Source: an uncultured virus (IMG/VR IMGVR_UViG_3300009168_000001) (Duplodnaviria > Heunggongvirae > Uroviricota > Caudoviricetes). Taken from it: a DNA stretch of 64,000 nt. How positions within the stretch are numbered: position 1 is the first letter of the stretch; each line of letters opens with the position of its first letter. Below are positions 55,758-64,000 of this stretch, piece after piece. The stretch lies in IMG/VR virus record IMGVR_UViG_3300009168_000001; one strand, 5' to 3'. The notes beneath the pieces were generated by a model. That model saw only the letters and a program-made list of their open reading frames with translations. It was not told the origin of the DNA and searched no databases. The position numbers and the translations under genes were made by a program.

Positions 55758-56270
55758 ATGCCGGTCGATATCAACGGTTACGCGCTTTCAAATGCATCGG
55801 GCCTCAAATTCGGCGCGTCCAACACCAAGATCGTCGCAGCGAATTACGGGATCAACGATCCGATGCTACCGGCGATGCTGGGGGCGGCAACACTTGGCGG
55901 TGCCTACAAGGTCTATCCGTTCCCGGTCAATGACGTGAACCTCAACGTCGGATCGCCATGGTCAAACAGCGGATATCGCTTCACCTGTCCTATGACCGGT
56001 CGCTACTACACGTCGTTCTCTGGCATCTGTGGCAGCGGCGTCAGCATGGGTGGTTACTTCGGCGTCATCGTCAATGGCGGGCTATGGTACTTCAGCTATC
56101 GCGACAGCAACGCGCTGTGGGAGTTGGTGCACATGGAGGTGATCCTGAACCTGTCTGCCGGCGATTATGTCCAGTGGGCGATGAACATCGCGCCAGCGCC
56201 AGACTCGGGCACGACAGGCGGCGCGTACCAGTCCTCCCACAACACTTCCACCATCTGGCTCGTAGGATGA
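55758..56270 (+). CDS. C1q-like domain protein 3
   Basis: YRFTCPMTGRYY...LSAGDYV. Confidence 0.7.
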   Translation: MPVDINGYALSNASGLKFGASNTKIVAANYGINDPMLPAMLGAATLGGAYKVYPFPVNDVNLNVGSPWSNSGYRFTCPMTGRYYTSFSGICGSGVSMGGYFGVIVNGGLWYFSYRDSNALWELVHMEVILNLSAGDYVQWAMNIAPAPDSGTTGGAYQSSHNTSTIWLVG

Positions 56271-56275
56271 GATAC

Positions 56276-56554
56276 ATGCCGGTCACATACACGATCACGC
56301 TGAGCGACGTCGAACAGAAGGCGTTTGAGTACGTCGCGACCGACGTCGAATTCTGGATTCAGAACGCGGTGCACGAGCGCGCGCGGCTCGCCATCGAGGA
56401 GATGGTGCAAGACCACATCAAGGAGAAGCTGGCCAAGGGCGAGTCGATCTCGGGCACGCGAGAAGAGATCGCAATGAACACCGACCTGCCGAACGCGGTC
56501 GCACGAAACGAAGCGATGTTGAAGTCAATGGTGGCACCGCCCGGGACCGTGTGA
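56276..56554 (+). CDS. Small helical protein following the C1q genes (possible chaperone/adaptor)
   Basis: YTITLSD...WIQNAVHERARLAIEE. Confidence 0.55.
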   Translation: MPVTYTITLSDVEQKAFEYVATDVEFWIQNAVHERARLAIEEMVQDHIKEKLAKGESISGTREEIAMNTDLPNAVARNEAMLKSMVAPPGTV

Positions 56555-57624
56555 TGTTCGACTTTCCATCCTCGCCAACGGTCGGGCAGACCTATCAGCC
56601 ATCGGCGGCAGCGCCGACCTATCGCTGGGACGGCGTGAAATGGAAACTCATTGCGCCGCCGTTCGGTGCCGGCGCATCGGCAGTGCTGCCGGCAATGGAT
56701 GGCATCGCGGGACCGGGCACCGCCAACCAGTGGTCGCGTGGCGATCACAAGCACGCTTACGACACGCGTTACGTTCCGGTGAATAGTCCGACGTTCACGG
56801 GCACGCTGACGGCACCATCGTTCACGTTTGCCGGCGACATGACGGTCAGCGGCAAGTTCATCGGCACGGCAGACGGTCATCAACTCGGCAACCACATCGG
56901 CACGGTGTCGACCGACTGGAACGCGATGACGCCGAGCGAGACCAATATCATCTTTTACGACTACGGCAGCAACAACTGGGCCGGCATCGGGGCCGACAGA
57001 AGCGGCTTCTTCTTCGTGCGCACGGGCGGCGGCGGCAGCAACAACGTCTCGGGCATGGTCGCCAACCTGTCGAACGTCGAATTCACTGGCGCGCTTTACG
57101 CACCGACGCCACCGAACGGCACTAACTCAAACGTGGTGGCGACGACCGCCTACGTGGTCGCGAATCAGCCGGTCGGCGGACCGTATCTGCCACTGAGCGG
57201 CGGCACGATGACCGGCACGCTCACGGTGAGCTATGGCCACGTTATGCCGTACCGCAACGGTGCGACCGGTGTTTGCTACGTGAGCAACGGCGATGTCTAC
57301 GTCTATTACGACGGCACCAATTACAGCCTCGGCAATGGCGGTGCGCTTCATACGCTGGCCGGGCGCATCTGGGGATCGAGCGACTGGTCGAGGCCAGTGA
57401 CATCAGCGCGGATCGGGCCGCTCGCCGCCGACCAGTGGCTCAGGGCTGGAGACGCTTACTCCAGCCCGCCAGCCCCGCTGACAGAATCCTACGGCGGCGC
57501 GGTGGTGACCGGCTGTTCTGGAGCCACCATGAACCTCGACGGCATCACGTTCGGCAATTACTTCCGCTTCCGCTACAATCAAATCTATGTCGAAGGCACG
57601 TGGTACACGGCGGGCTATGTGTGA
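56551..57624 (+). CDS. Fibre protein paralogue 1
   Basis: DFPSSPTVGQ...Y.WDG.KW, SRGDH.H, NWAGIG.D, ATT..V, GRIWG. Confidence 0.7.
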   Translation: MMFDFPSSPTVGQTYQPSAAAPTYRWDGVKWKLIAPPFGAGASAVLPAMDGIAGPGTANQWSRGDHKHAYDTRYVPVNSPTFTGTLTAPSFTFAGDMTVSGKFIGTADGHQLGNHIGTVSTDWNAMTPSETNIIFYDYGSNNWAGIGADRSGFFFVRTGGGGSNNVSGMVANLSNVEFTGALYAPTPPNGTNSNVVATTAYVVANQPVGGPYLPLSGGTMTGTLTVSYGHVMPYRNGATGVCYVSNGDVYVYYDGTNYSLGNGGALHTLAGRIWGSSDWSRPVTSARIGPLAADQWLRAGDAYSSPPAPLTESYGGAVVTGCSGATMNLDGITFGNYFRFRYNQIYVEGTWYTAGYV

Positions 57625-58616
57625 TGATGGATTTCCCGAGCGCGCCAACGTCAGGGCAGATTTACGCCGGCTACAAATGGGACGGCGCGAAGTGGACGTG
57701 TTCAACCGCACCATTGCCGATGGGAGATTCGCCGTCCGACACCAACCCGCTGGTGAACGGCGTCAACATTCCGGGCATCGTCACCAAGTATTCGCGCGGT
57801 GACCATGTCCATCCGACCGACACCTCGCGCGCGAAGCCGAACAACGAGACGCTGACCGGTGCACCAACCGGAGGATCGGCGAGCATCACCGGCAACATCA
57901 CGGTCAACGGGGTGTTCTTCTCGTCGGCCAAACAGCACTATCTCGGCGTGCCCTCCGGTCCCGGCTACTCGGCAACGAAGTCCGAAGCCAACATTCTTCT
58001 GTACGACAACGGCGGCGACAACTGGGCCGGCATGGGCACGGACTCGGGCGGCGCTTGGTGGCTGCGCACCGGTCTGTCAGGCACACCGGCTCCGGCGATC
58101 TACATCGATCAGGCGCGCAACGTCACGCTTTCGAAATCACCGGTCGCGCCGACACCGGGCGCGGGCACCAACAACACGCAGGCCGCGACCACGAACTTCG
58201 TGCTGTCTAATCCGGCGAGCGGGCCTTATCTGCCGCTGGCCGGCGGCACCACCACGGGCGGGATTTTCTACGTCAACGGTGACCTGCGCACCTATCGTCC
58301 GGACGGCACGGGCGTGATCTATCTCGCCAATACCGGCGACCGCTATCTCTACTACAACGGCGCTGGCTTCCACATGAACGGCGCGCATTGCTACTCGGCG
58401 GCAGGAAGGCTGTGGGGCGCGTCAGACTTCCCGACACCCATCGTCAACATTCGGTTAGCCTACCTTGCCGATCAGACGCTGGCGTATGGCGCGGGACTGA
58501 CCGAATCCTACGGTGGCGGCGTCATCACCGGCAGAAGCGGTTATGGCGACACGTCGCGCTATCGGCAATTCCAGATTCAACTCGGACCAACATGGTACGC
58601 GGTGGGCTATGCTTAA
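57624..58616 (+). CDS. Fibre protein paralogue 2
   Basis: Same motif order as paralogue 1; ends WYAVGYA. Confidence 0.7.
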   Translation: MMDFPSAPTSGQIYAGYKWDGAKWTCSTAPLPMGDSPSDTNPLVNGVNIPGIVTKYSRGDHVHPTDTSRAKPNNETLTGAPTGGSASITGNITVNGVFFSSAKQHYLGVPSGPGYSATKSEANILLYDNGGDNWAGMGTDSGGAWWLRTGLSGTPAPAIYIDQARNVTLSKSPVAPTPGAGTNNTQAATTNFVLSNPASGPYLPLAGGTTTGGIFYVNGDLRTYRPDGTGVIYLANTGDRYLYYNGAGFHMNGAHCYSAAGRLWGASDFPTPIVNIRLAYLADQTLAYGAGLTESYGGGVITGRSGYGDTSRYRQFQIQLGPTWYAVGYA

Positions 58617-59652
58617 TTTTCCCGACGCACCGAGTGTTGGTCAGAAATTCTCGCCGGGCGCGGGACTACCGATCTATGGCTGGGACGGCATCAAGTGGAT
58701 CACGTTCACACCGGAGCTCGCCAGCAAGGTGGCACCGTCCAACAGCAATCCTGTTATGGATGGTGTTGCTGGTGCTGGTAGTGCAAACGCTTACGCGCGT
58801 GGTGATCATGTCCATCCGACCGATACGACGCGAGCACCGATCAACAACGCGGCCTTCACCGGGACGCTGACGGCGTCGTTTCTCACCGTTCTCGGCAACG
58901 TCTCGATTGTCGGAAGGTTGATCTCGACCGCCAAGGGACATCAGTTCGGTGGCGCGCGCGGCACCTCGGCAGGTGGCGGCGTACTGCCGAGCGACGCCAA
59001 CATCAAGTTCTACGATCACTCTGGTGCCAACGGGAGTTGGTCTGGCATCGGCTCAGACGGCAGCGGTCACGTCTGGGTTCGCACCGGCTACAGCGGCAAT
59101 CCGGTGCCGGTGTTCTTCGTCCTCAATGACCAGACCATGTACTTTCGCGAGTCGCCGGTTCTCCTGACGCCGGGTGCCGGAGATAATTCAACCAAGGTCG
59201 CGACGACGGCGTTCGTGATGGCACGCAAGCCGACCAATATGTACCCGCTGGATTCGAGCGCCACCGTCACCGGCAACGTCAACATCGCCAACGCCGATCT
59301 GTGGATACATCGAAACGATACTTACGGCGTGCTCTATCTCGGTAACACCGGCTCGCGCTACCTGATCTATGACACCGCGAACTACAGCTTCTCCGGCGCG
59401 CATGTCTTTGCCGCCAATGGCCGGCTCTACGGCACGGGTGACTGGGGCTCGGCACCGTACAACAACGCACGGCTCGCCTACATCGGCGACGTCAACATCA
59501 ATTATCAAGGTGGATTACAAGAACCCTATGGCGGTTCGGCGCGCACCGGGGGCACCGGTCCAACAGGTGGCGGTGGCGGCAATTCGTGGACGCTGCGCTT
59601 CCGGCAATTTCAGTACTACACCACCAGTTGGTTCGCGATAGGTTACGCATGA
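58609..59652 (+). CDS. Fibre protein paralogue 3
   Basis: Same motif order as paralogue 1; ends WFAIGYA. Confidence 0.7.
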   Translation: MLNFPDAPSVGQKFSPGAGLPIYGWDGIKWITFTPELASKVAPSNSNPVMDGVAGAGSANAYARGDHVHPTDTTRAPINNAAFTGTLTASFLTVLGNVSIVGRLISTAKGHQFGGARGTSAGGGVLPSDANIKFYDHSGANGSWSGIGSDGSGHVWVRTGYSGNPVPVFFVLNDQTMYFRESPVLLTPGAGDNSTKVATTAFVMARKPTNMYPLDSSATVTGNVNIANADLWIHRNDTYGVLYLGNTGSRYLIYDTANYSFSGAHVFAANGRLYGTGDWGSAPYNNARLAYIGDVNINYQGGLQEPYGGSARTGGTGPTGGGGGNSWTLRFRQFQYYTTSWFAIGYA

Positions 59653-60110
59653 AGATCATCGACCACGGCAAGTGGCTTCCGTACAAGCCGCCGAAAGACA
59701 ATTGGCCGGAGAACGCGCCGCTCAATGCGCTGTTCGCCAAGCGCGAGAGCGACGGCAAGGACTGGTACGAGCACGTCAACGATCCGACGAGCTTCCAGCC
59801 CGACACCGTCAAGGTCGGCTTCATGTTTCACGACTTCGAACAGGAATGGATCATCGGGCCGGCCTCGACTGATCCGACGCTGATCTTCCCGGCCAATATG
59901 TACGTGCGCGAGATCGATGGCTTCGGCTCTGTCGATGAGGACGAGATCATCGCCGCGTTCCGCAACAAGGTGATCGACGTTGCCACCAATGCCATGCGCG
60001 ACCGACCGATTGCGCCGCAACTGACGCCAGAACAACTGATGGCGACGCACCCGAATACGATTCTCGACCTGATCGAGCGCGTCAAGAAACTGGAGGAGAG
60101 ATTGAAGTGA
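59649..60110 (+). CDS. Fibre assembly chaperone-like protein
   Basis: ESDGKDWY...D...IFP motif typical of tail-fibre assembly proteins; follows the fibre genes. Confidence 0.6.
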   Translation: MKIIDHGKWLPYKPPKDNWPENAPLNALFAKRESDGKDWYEHVNDPTSFQPDTVKVGFMFHDFEQEWIIGPASTDPTLIFPANMYVREIDGFGSVDEDEIIAAFRNKVIDVATNAMRDRPIAPQLTPEQLMATHPNTILDLIERVKKLEERLK

Positions 60111-62302
60111 TCATTCTCCCCGACAGAAACATCGCGCGTGCGAAGTATCTATTGCCGATGCTCTATCGAGATTGGCGCAAGCCTCTCTCGTGGGAAGGTA
60201 AGGACACATCCAACGTCCTCGGCATCTACTTTCTCGTGCAGGCGTGGCGTGCGGACAAGCGCGTGGTCTGGACGGGGCGCTTCGAGGACCGCGAAGATGC
60301 CGATGAGTTTCTCTACGCTATAGCGACAGGGTCGCTCCTGAAGGACAAGTATATCCAGCGGCTCGTGCAGCCGATGCCGTGGTCCGGTTATCGTGAATCG
60401 GATTTCGACCCAGCGATGCTCTACGACGAGACCATCCACTACAACATGGTCACGCAAATCGGCATCGGTGCGAGCTCTGGCGTGTGGACGGCACCGGGTG
60501 ATTGCTACGGTCTGCGAGACCGGGCTGGTGAGATTGCCGACGTGATTAGCGGCGGCGGTGGCGGCGGATCAGGCAGCGGTGGCTACAGCGCGGCGGGCGG
60601 TGGTGGCGGCGGGTTTGCCCGCATCACCAGCTACGGAATGTCTCCCGGTCAACAGTTCAGCTACGGCATAGCCGGTGGTGCCGCTGGCGGCACTGGCGAT
60701 GGCTATAGCGCCTATGCTGCGAACGGTGCCAGTGCGGGCGCAAGTTGGTTCATCAGTGGAGGTGTGCTTGCTGCTAACGGCGGCGGCGCTGGCAACGCTA
60801 CAACACAAACGACAACCGGTGGCGCTGGCGGTGCCGGTTACGCTGGAGCATGGGGCAAGACCGGAGGACGCGGCGGATATACGACAGCCTATCCCTACAG
60901 CGGTGGCGGCGGTGGTGGTGGCGCTTCTGGTCCGAACGGTGACGGTTGGAATGGTGGTGACAGCGCTGCAAACTACGCTCAAACGAATGGCGGCAGCGGC
61001 AATGGCAACCAGATCGGCGGCGGCGGCCCGTCTACGGATGGCGCGGCAGGAAATTGGTACGGCCCTTGGGGACCGGGCGGCGGCGGTGGTGGCCAGCGCA
61101 TCATATCCTCTGCGCCGAATGGTCAATACTACGCTGGCAGTGGTGGGCACTACGGCGGCGGCGGCGCTGGGCAGGCCATGCCTGCCGGTCAGCCGGGCTC
61201 ACGCGGATATGGCGGCAGTGGCGGCTCGGGCATTCTCGTCATTCAGTACGAATCGACACCAACCGTCGTAGTCTCAAGCATAAGTCCTGCCAGCGGACCA
61301 ACCGGCGGCGGTCAGGCTGTCGCGGTTTCCGGTAGCGGCTTTGCCAACATCAGTTCAGCCAACATCGGTGGCGCACCGATCACGGGGATTTCGTACAACG
61401 CCAACACTCTCTACGGCACCACGTCTCCGGGCGGCGCGGGCACCTATAACGCCTACGTCTACGGTCCTTACTCGACCGGCGTTGGCGGCAGCTACACCTA
61501 CGTCACGCCGCCATCGGTCAGTTCTGCCGTGCCAGCTTCAGGCCCGATAGGCGGCGGCAACTACGTTCGCGTCTACGGCGCTAACATGAGCGGCGCGACA
61601 GCGATCTACTTCAACGGCGTTCCGGGTACGAGTCTATCAAACGTCGATGCGAATTCTGTGCAGTGCTACGCGCCTGCGGGTGCGGCTGGTGCTTGCAGCA
61701 TCGCCGTCTACAACGGTTACGGCAGTGGCGCGGCGACGGTCTACACCTTTGTCACGCCGCCATCGGTGAGTTATGTCACGCCGGCCTCGGGACCAACCAC
61801 GCCAAACAACGCCGTCTTGGCTGTCATCACCGGCGCGAACATGGATGGTGTTAACTCGGTGACGTTTGGCGGTGTGGCCGCGTCGCCCATTGCGGTTATC
61901 AATTCGACTACGGTTCACGCTTGGGTGCCGGCGCATGCCGCTGGCTTGGTCAATGTCGTGGTCACCAACGGCTACGGCTCTGGCAACGCCAACGCCTACA
62001 CCTACGTCGTGCCGCCGTCGCTGAGCGCCTGCAATCCGGTCCTTGGTCTCACGCATGGTGGCATGGCGGTGACATTGACCGGAGCCAACCTGTCAGGCGT
62101 CACCAGCGTTACTTTCGGCGGCACAGCGGCAACCAGCGTGGTCGTGGTCAACGCCAACACCATCACCTGCATCACGCCGGCTCACGCCAGAGGCCTCGTG
62201 GATATCGTCGCAACCAACACCTACGGTTCGGGCGTGCTGGCGAATGGATTTACTTACTTGCTTCCAGCGGCTGGCTTCAACATGCCGATGATGGGAATCT
62301 GA
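60107..62302 (+). CDS. Glycine-rich protein with four IPT/TIG domains
   Basis: GGGGG-rich domain ending GGSGILVIQY; four P.SG...GG..V...G.N repeats. Confidence 0.8.
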   Translation: MIILPDRNIARAKYLLPMLYRDWRKPLSWEGKDTSNVLGIYFLVQAWRADKRVVWTGRFEDREDADEFLYAIATGSLLKDKYIQRLVQPMPWSGYRESDFDPAMLYDETIHYNMVTQIGIGASSGVWTAPGDCYGLRDRAGEIADVISGGGGGGSGSGGYSAAGGGGGGFARITSYGMSPGQQFSYGIAGGAAGGTGDGYSAYAANGASAGASWFISGGVLAANGGGAGNATTQTTTGGAGGAGYAGAWGKTGGRGGYTTAYPYSGGGGGGGASGPNGDGWNGGDSAANYAQTNGGSGNGNQIGGGGPSTDGAAGNWYGPWGPGGGGGGQRIISSAPNGQYYAGSGGHYGGGGAGQAMPAGQPGSRGYGGSGGSGILVIQYESTPTVVVSSISPASGPTGGGQAVAVSGSGFANISSANIGGAPITGISYNANTLYGTTSPGGAGTYNAYVYGPYSTGVGGSYTYVTPPSVSSAVPASGPIGGGNYVRVYGANMSGATAIYFNGVPGTSLSNVDANSVQCYAPAGAAGACSIAVYNGYGSGAATVYTFVTPPSVSYVTPASGPTTPNNAVLAVITGANMDGVNSVTFGGVAASPIAVINSTTVHAWVPAHAAGLVNVVVTNGYGSGNANAYTYVVPPSLSACNPVLGLTHGGMAVTLTGANLSGVTSVTFGGTAATSVVVVNANTITCITPAHARGLVDIVATNTYGSGVLANGFTYLLPAAGFNMPMMGI

Positions 62303-62541
62303 AGGGAGAAACAGATGAGCGAAGTCATAAGCCAGAAGATCGAACGCGAGGTCCGCTACCTGATCGGCGATCTGCACATGCAGGTCATCGTGTTGCGCGC
62401 CGCGCTCGACACGACGCAGCCGCAGCCCGAGCAACCGAAGCCGGCACCACCACCACCGCCGCAGCCGATTCCGCCGCAGCCCGAGCACGATGAACCACCG
62501 CCGAAGTCTGCAAAGACCAACGGCGCAACGCAGATCAGAGG

Positions 62542-62970
62542 TTGACCATGGCCGTGAATGTCAGTGTCGATGCCACGTGGCGCATGACGCGCTTCGAGTT
62601 TAATGCGCCGCACACGCCGAGCGGCATGGTGTCTGGCTATAGCGAGGTGCTGTTGCAGGCACCTGCCAAGCCAACCAAGGGCGCGGAGTTCATGCGTTCG
62701 CGGATGCCGGCACCGGCACCGCAGGAAGGTGACGACAAGGTCACCTATGGCGTGATGCCCGGCTCGATGATCAGCCGCGCCATGACCAGCGTGATGGACG
62801 AGACCGTCACCGTCGACGGCAAGACCGTTGCGTTCAAGGACGTGGTGGCGGCTAGCGTGGCGTTCTTCGAGAAGTGGCGGGTGGAGGACGAGAACAAACC
62901 GCCTCCGGCACCCGCGATAACCGCGCCGATGCCGGGGGACTCGGGCTCGATACCGCTTCCGCCGAGCTAG
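62542..62970 (+). CDS. Hypothetical protein
   Basis: GAGG RBS; Pro-rich tail. Confidence 0.5.
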   Translation: MTMAVNVSVDATWRMTRFEFNAPHTPSGMVSGYSEVLLQAPAKPTKGAEFMRSRMPAPAPQEGDDKVTYGVMPGSMISRAMTSVMDETVTVDGKTVAFKDVVAASVAFFEKWRVEDENKPPPAPAITAPMPGDSGSIPLPPS

Positions 62971-62973
62971 GCC

Positions 62974-63264
62974 ATGGTGGAGAGCGCGAAGGGCTGGCTC
63001 AAACAGAACAGCACGCTGGTCTACTTCTTACTAGCGCAACTGGTAGCGCTGGCCGCAGGTGCGGCCAGCATCCTCTCGTACTCCGTCAAGCTTGAGACCC
63101 GAGTCCACATTCTGGAGACGCGCGGTGCTGCCTACAGCGTGCAGCGCATGGACGCGATGGCGAACGAGATCGCTGTGCTGAAAGAGAAGATTCAGAACAA
63201 CGAGGAATCGATTAGCCGCGTTCGTGATCGATACCTGAACGACAGGGATAGACAGAGCAAGTGA
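62974..63264 (+). CDS. TM + coiled-coil small protein
   Basis: Hydrophobic LVYFLLAQLVALAAGAASIL, then heptads. Confidence 0.55.
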   Translation: MVESAKGWLKQNSTLVYFLLAQLVALAAGAASILSYSVKLETRVHILETRGAAYSVQRMDAMANEIAVLKEKIQNNEESISRVRDRYLNDRDRQSK

Positions 63265-63271
63265 GGGTGCC

Positions 63272-63508
63272 ATGGCTGTAGGTGAGCAAGCTGGTAAAGC
63301 CGTCACGGGCGTCCTCGACGTGATGAAGGCGCAGCCGCTGGTGCTGGGCCTGCTGTTGGTGATCTTCGCCCTGATTGGCTTCGTCTACTTGCAATCGTCG
63401 CAGTTCAATACGGCGCGCGCCGAGAACGTCAAACTGTTCATCGACGTCCAGAAAGAGGTTCAGAAGCTGCTGAGCCAATGCATCGTTCCGCCGCCATCGC
63501 AGCGGTAG
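63272..63508 (+). CDS. Single-TM small protein
   Basis: QPLVLGLLLVIFALIGFVYL. Confidence 0.55.
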   Translation: MAVGEQAGKAVTGVLDVMKAQPLVLGLLLVIFALIGFVYLQSSQFNTARAENVKLFIDVQKEVQKLLSQCIVPPPSQR

Positions 63509-63528
63509 CCAACCCACAAGGTGACATC

Positions 63529-64000
63529 ATGACAACGAAGCACACGGACGCCATGGCGTTCGAGGAGACGTTTGCGCTGGATGCTGCGATGTTTACCAAC
63601 AAGTTCGCGCTGCATCAGACCAAGGACGGCTACATGATCTGTCAGCCGCGCATCGCGCGCACTGGCATTCAGGAATATCTCGGCGCGGAGATGGGTCGAC
63701 CTGACATGAAGGTGGTCCGGGTCTATCGCCCCGAGAGCGAAGTGATGGCCCATGATTCCGTGATGTCGCTGGCCGGCAAGCCGATCACCATCGAGCATCC
63801 CAATGAGCCTGTCACTGCGGAGAACTGGCGCGACGTCGCCGTGGGACACGTCGGCAGGGACATCCTGCGCGACGGCGAATTCATCCGCGTGCCGCTGCAT
63901 CTGATGGATGCCGCAGCCATCAACGAAGTGAAGGGCGGTCGGTCGCAATTGTCGGTCGGCTACAGCGCAGTGATCCAGTGGGCGGACGGCGTCACGCCTG
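63529..64000 (+). CDS. DUF2213 protein (putative prohead protease/scaffold), 3'-partial
   Basis: Hand-translated DGYMIC..RIARTGIQEY...VYRPESEV...GKPITIEHP...VGHV...QLSVGY. Confidence 0.85.
   Translation, partial: MTTKHTDAMAFEETFALDAAMFTNKFALHQTKDGYMICQPRIARTGIQEYLGAEMGRPDMKVVRVYRPESEVMAHDSVMSLAGKPITIEHPNEPVTAENWRDVAVGHVGRDILRDGEFIRVPLHLMDAAAINEVKGGRSQLSVGYSAVIQWADGVTP

Noticed and set aside
62974..63508. Spanin or holin call for the two TM proteins
   Set aside because: No lipobox, and they are far from the endolysin; left as hypothetical membrane proteins.

Overview
This is a 64-kb, high-GC segment of a tailed dsDNA phage or prophage. The host is most likely an alphaproteobacterium of the Rhizobiales/Bradyrhizobium type, judged from the GcrA homologue and the DUF5801-like adhesin. 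Gene order: lysis genes (+, 1-1.7 kb); a leftward early/recombination arm with a 961-aa adhesin-like moron, RecT and a RecE-like exonuclease (-, 1.8-16.6 kb); a rightward Cro/GcrA/RuvC/RNAP-alphaCTD/helicase arm (+, 16.7-25.1 kb); a second leftward arm of small genes headed by a Ycf46-like AAA ATPase and a ~400-nt stem-dense leader (-, 25.2-35.1 kb); and a late arm (+, 35.4-64 kb). The late arm carries a NusG paralogue, TerS/TerL, a portal fused to a ~650-aa cargo, a split-GNAT protein, MuF, a 17-kb fibre cassette and the start of a DUF2213 protein. Capsid, tail-tube, tape-measure, integrase and CI genes are not in the window. Most notable: (i) a repeated W-x4-H[PS]R...G-x-F tag on putative capsid cargo domains, one of them fused to the portal; (ii) a fibre cassette inside the head module with collagen plus three foldons, three C1q paralogues and three fibre paralogues; (iii) a structured leader with twin hairpins sharing a loop; (iv) a thrice-repeated intergenic 16-17 bp motif; (v) phage copies of GcrA and the RNAP alpha-CTD. 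All family assignments are by motif recognition; no database search was run.
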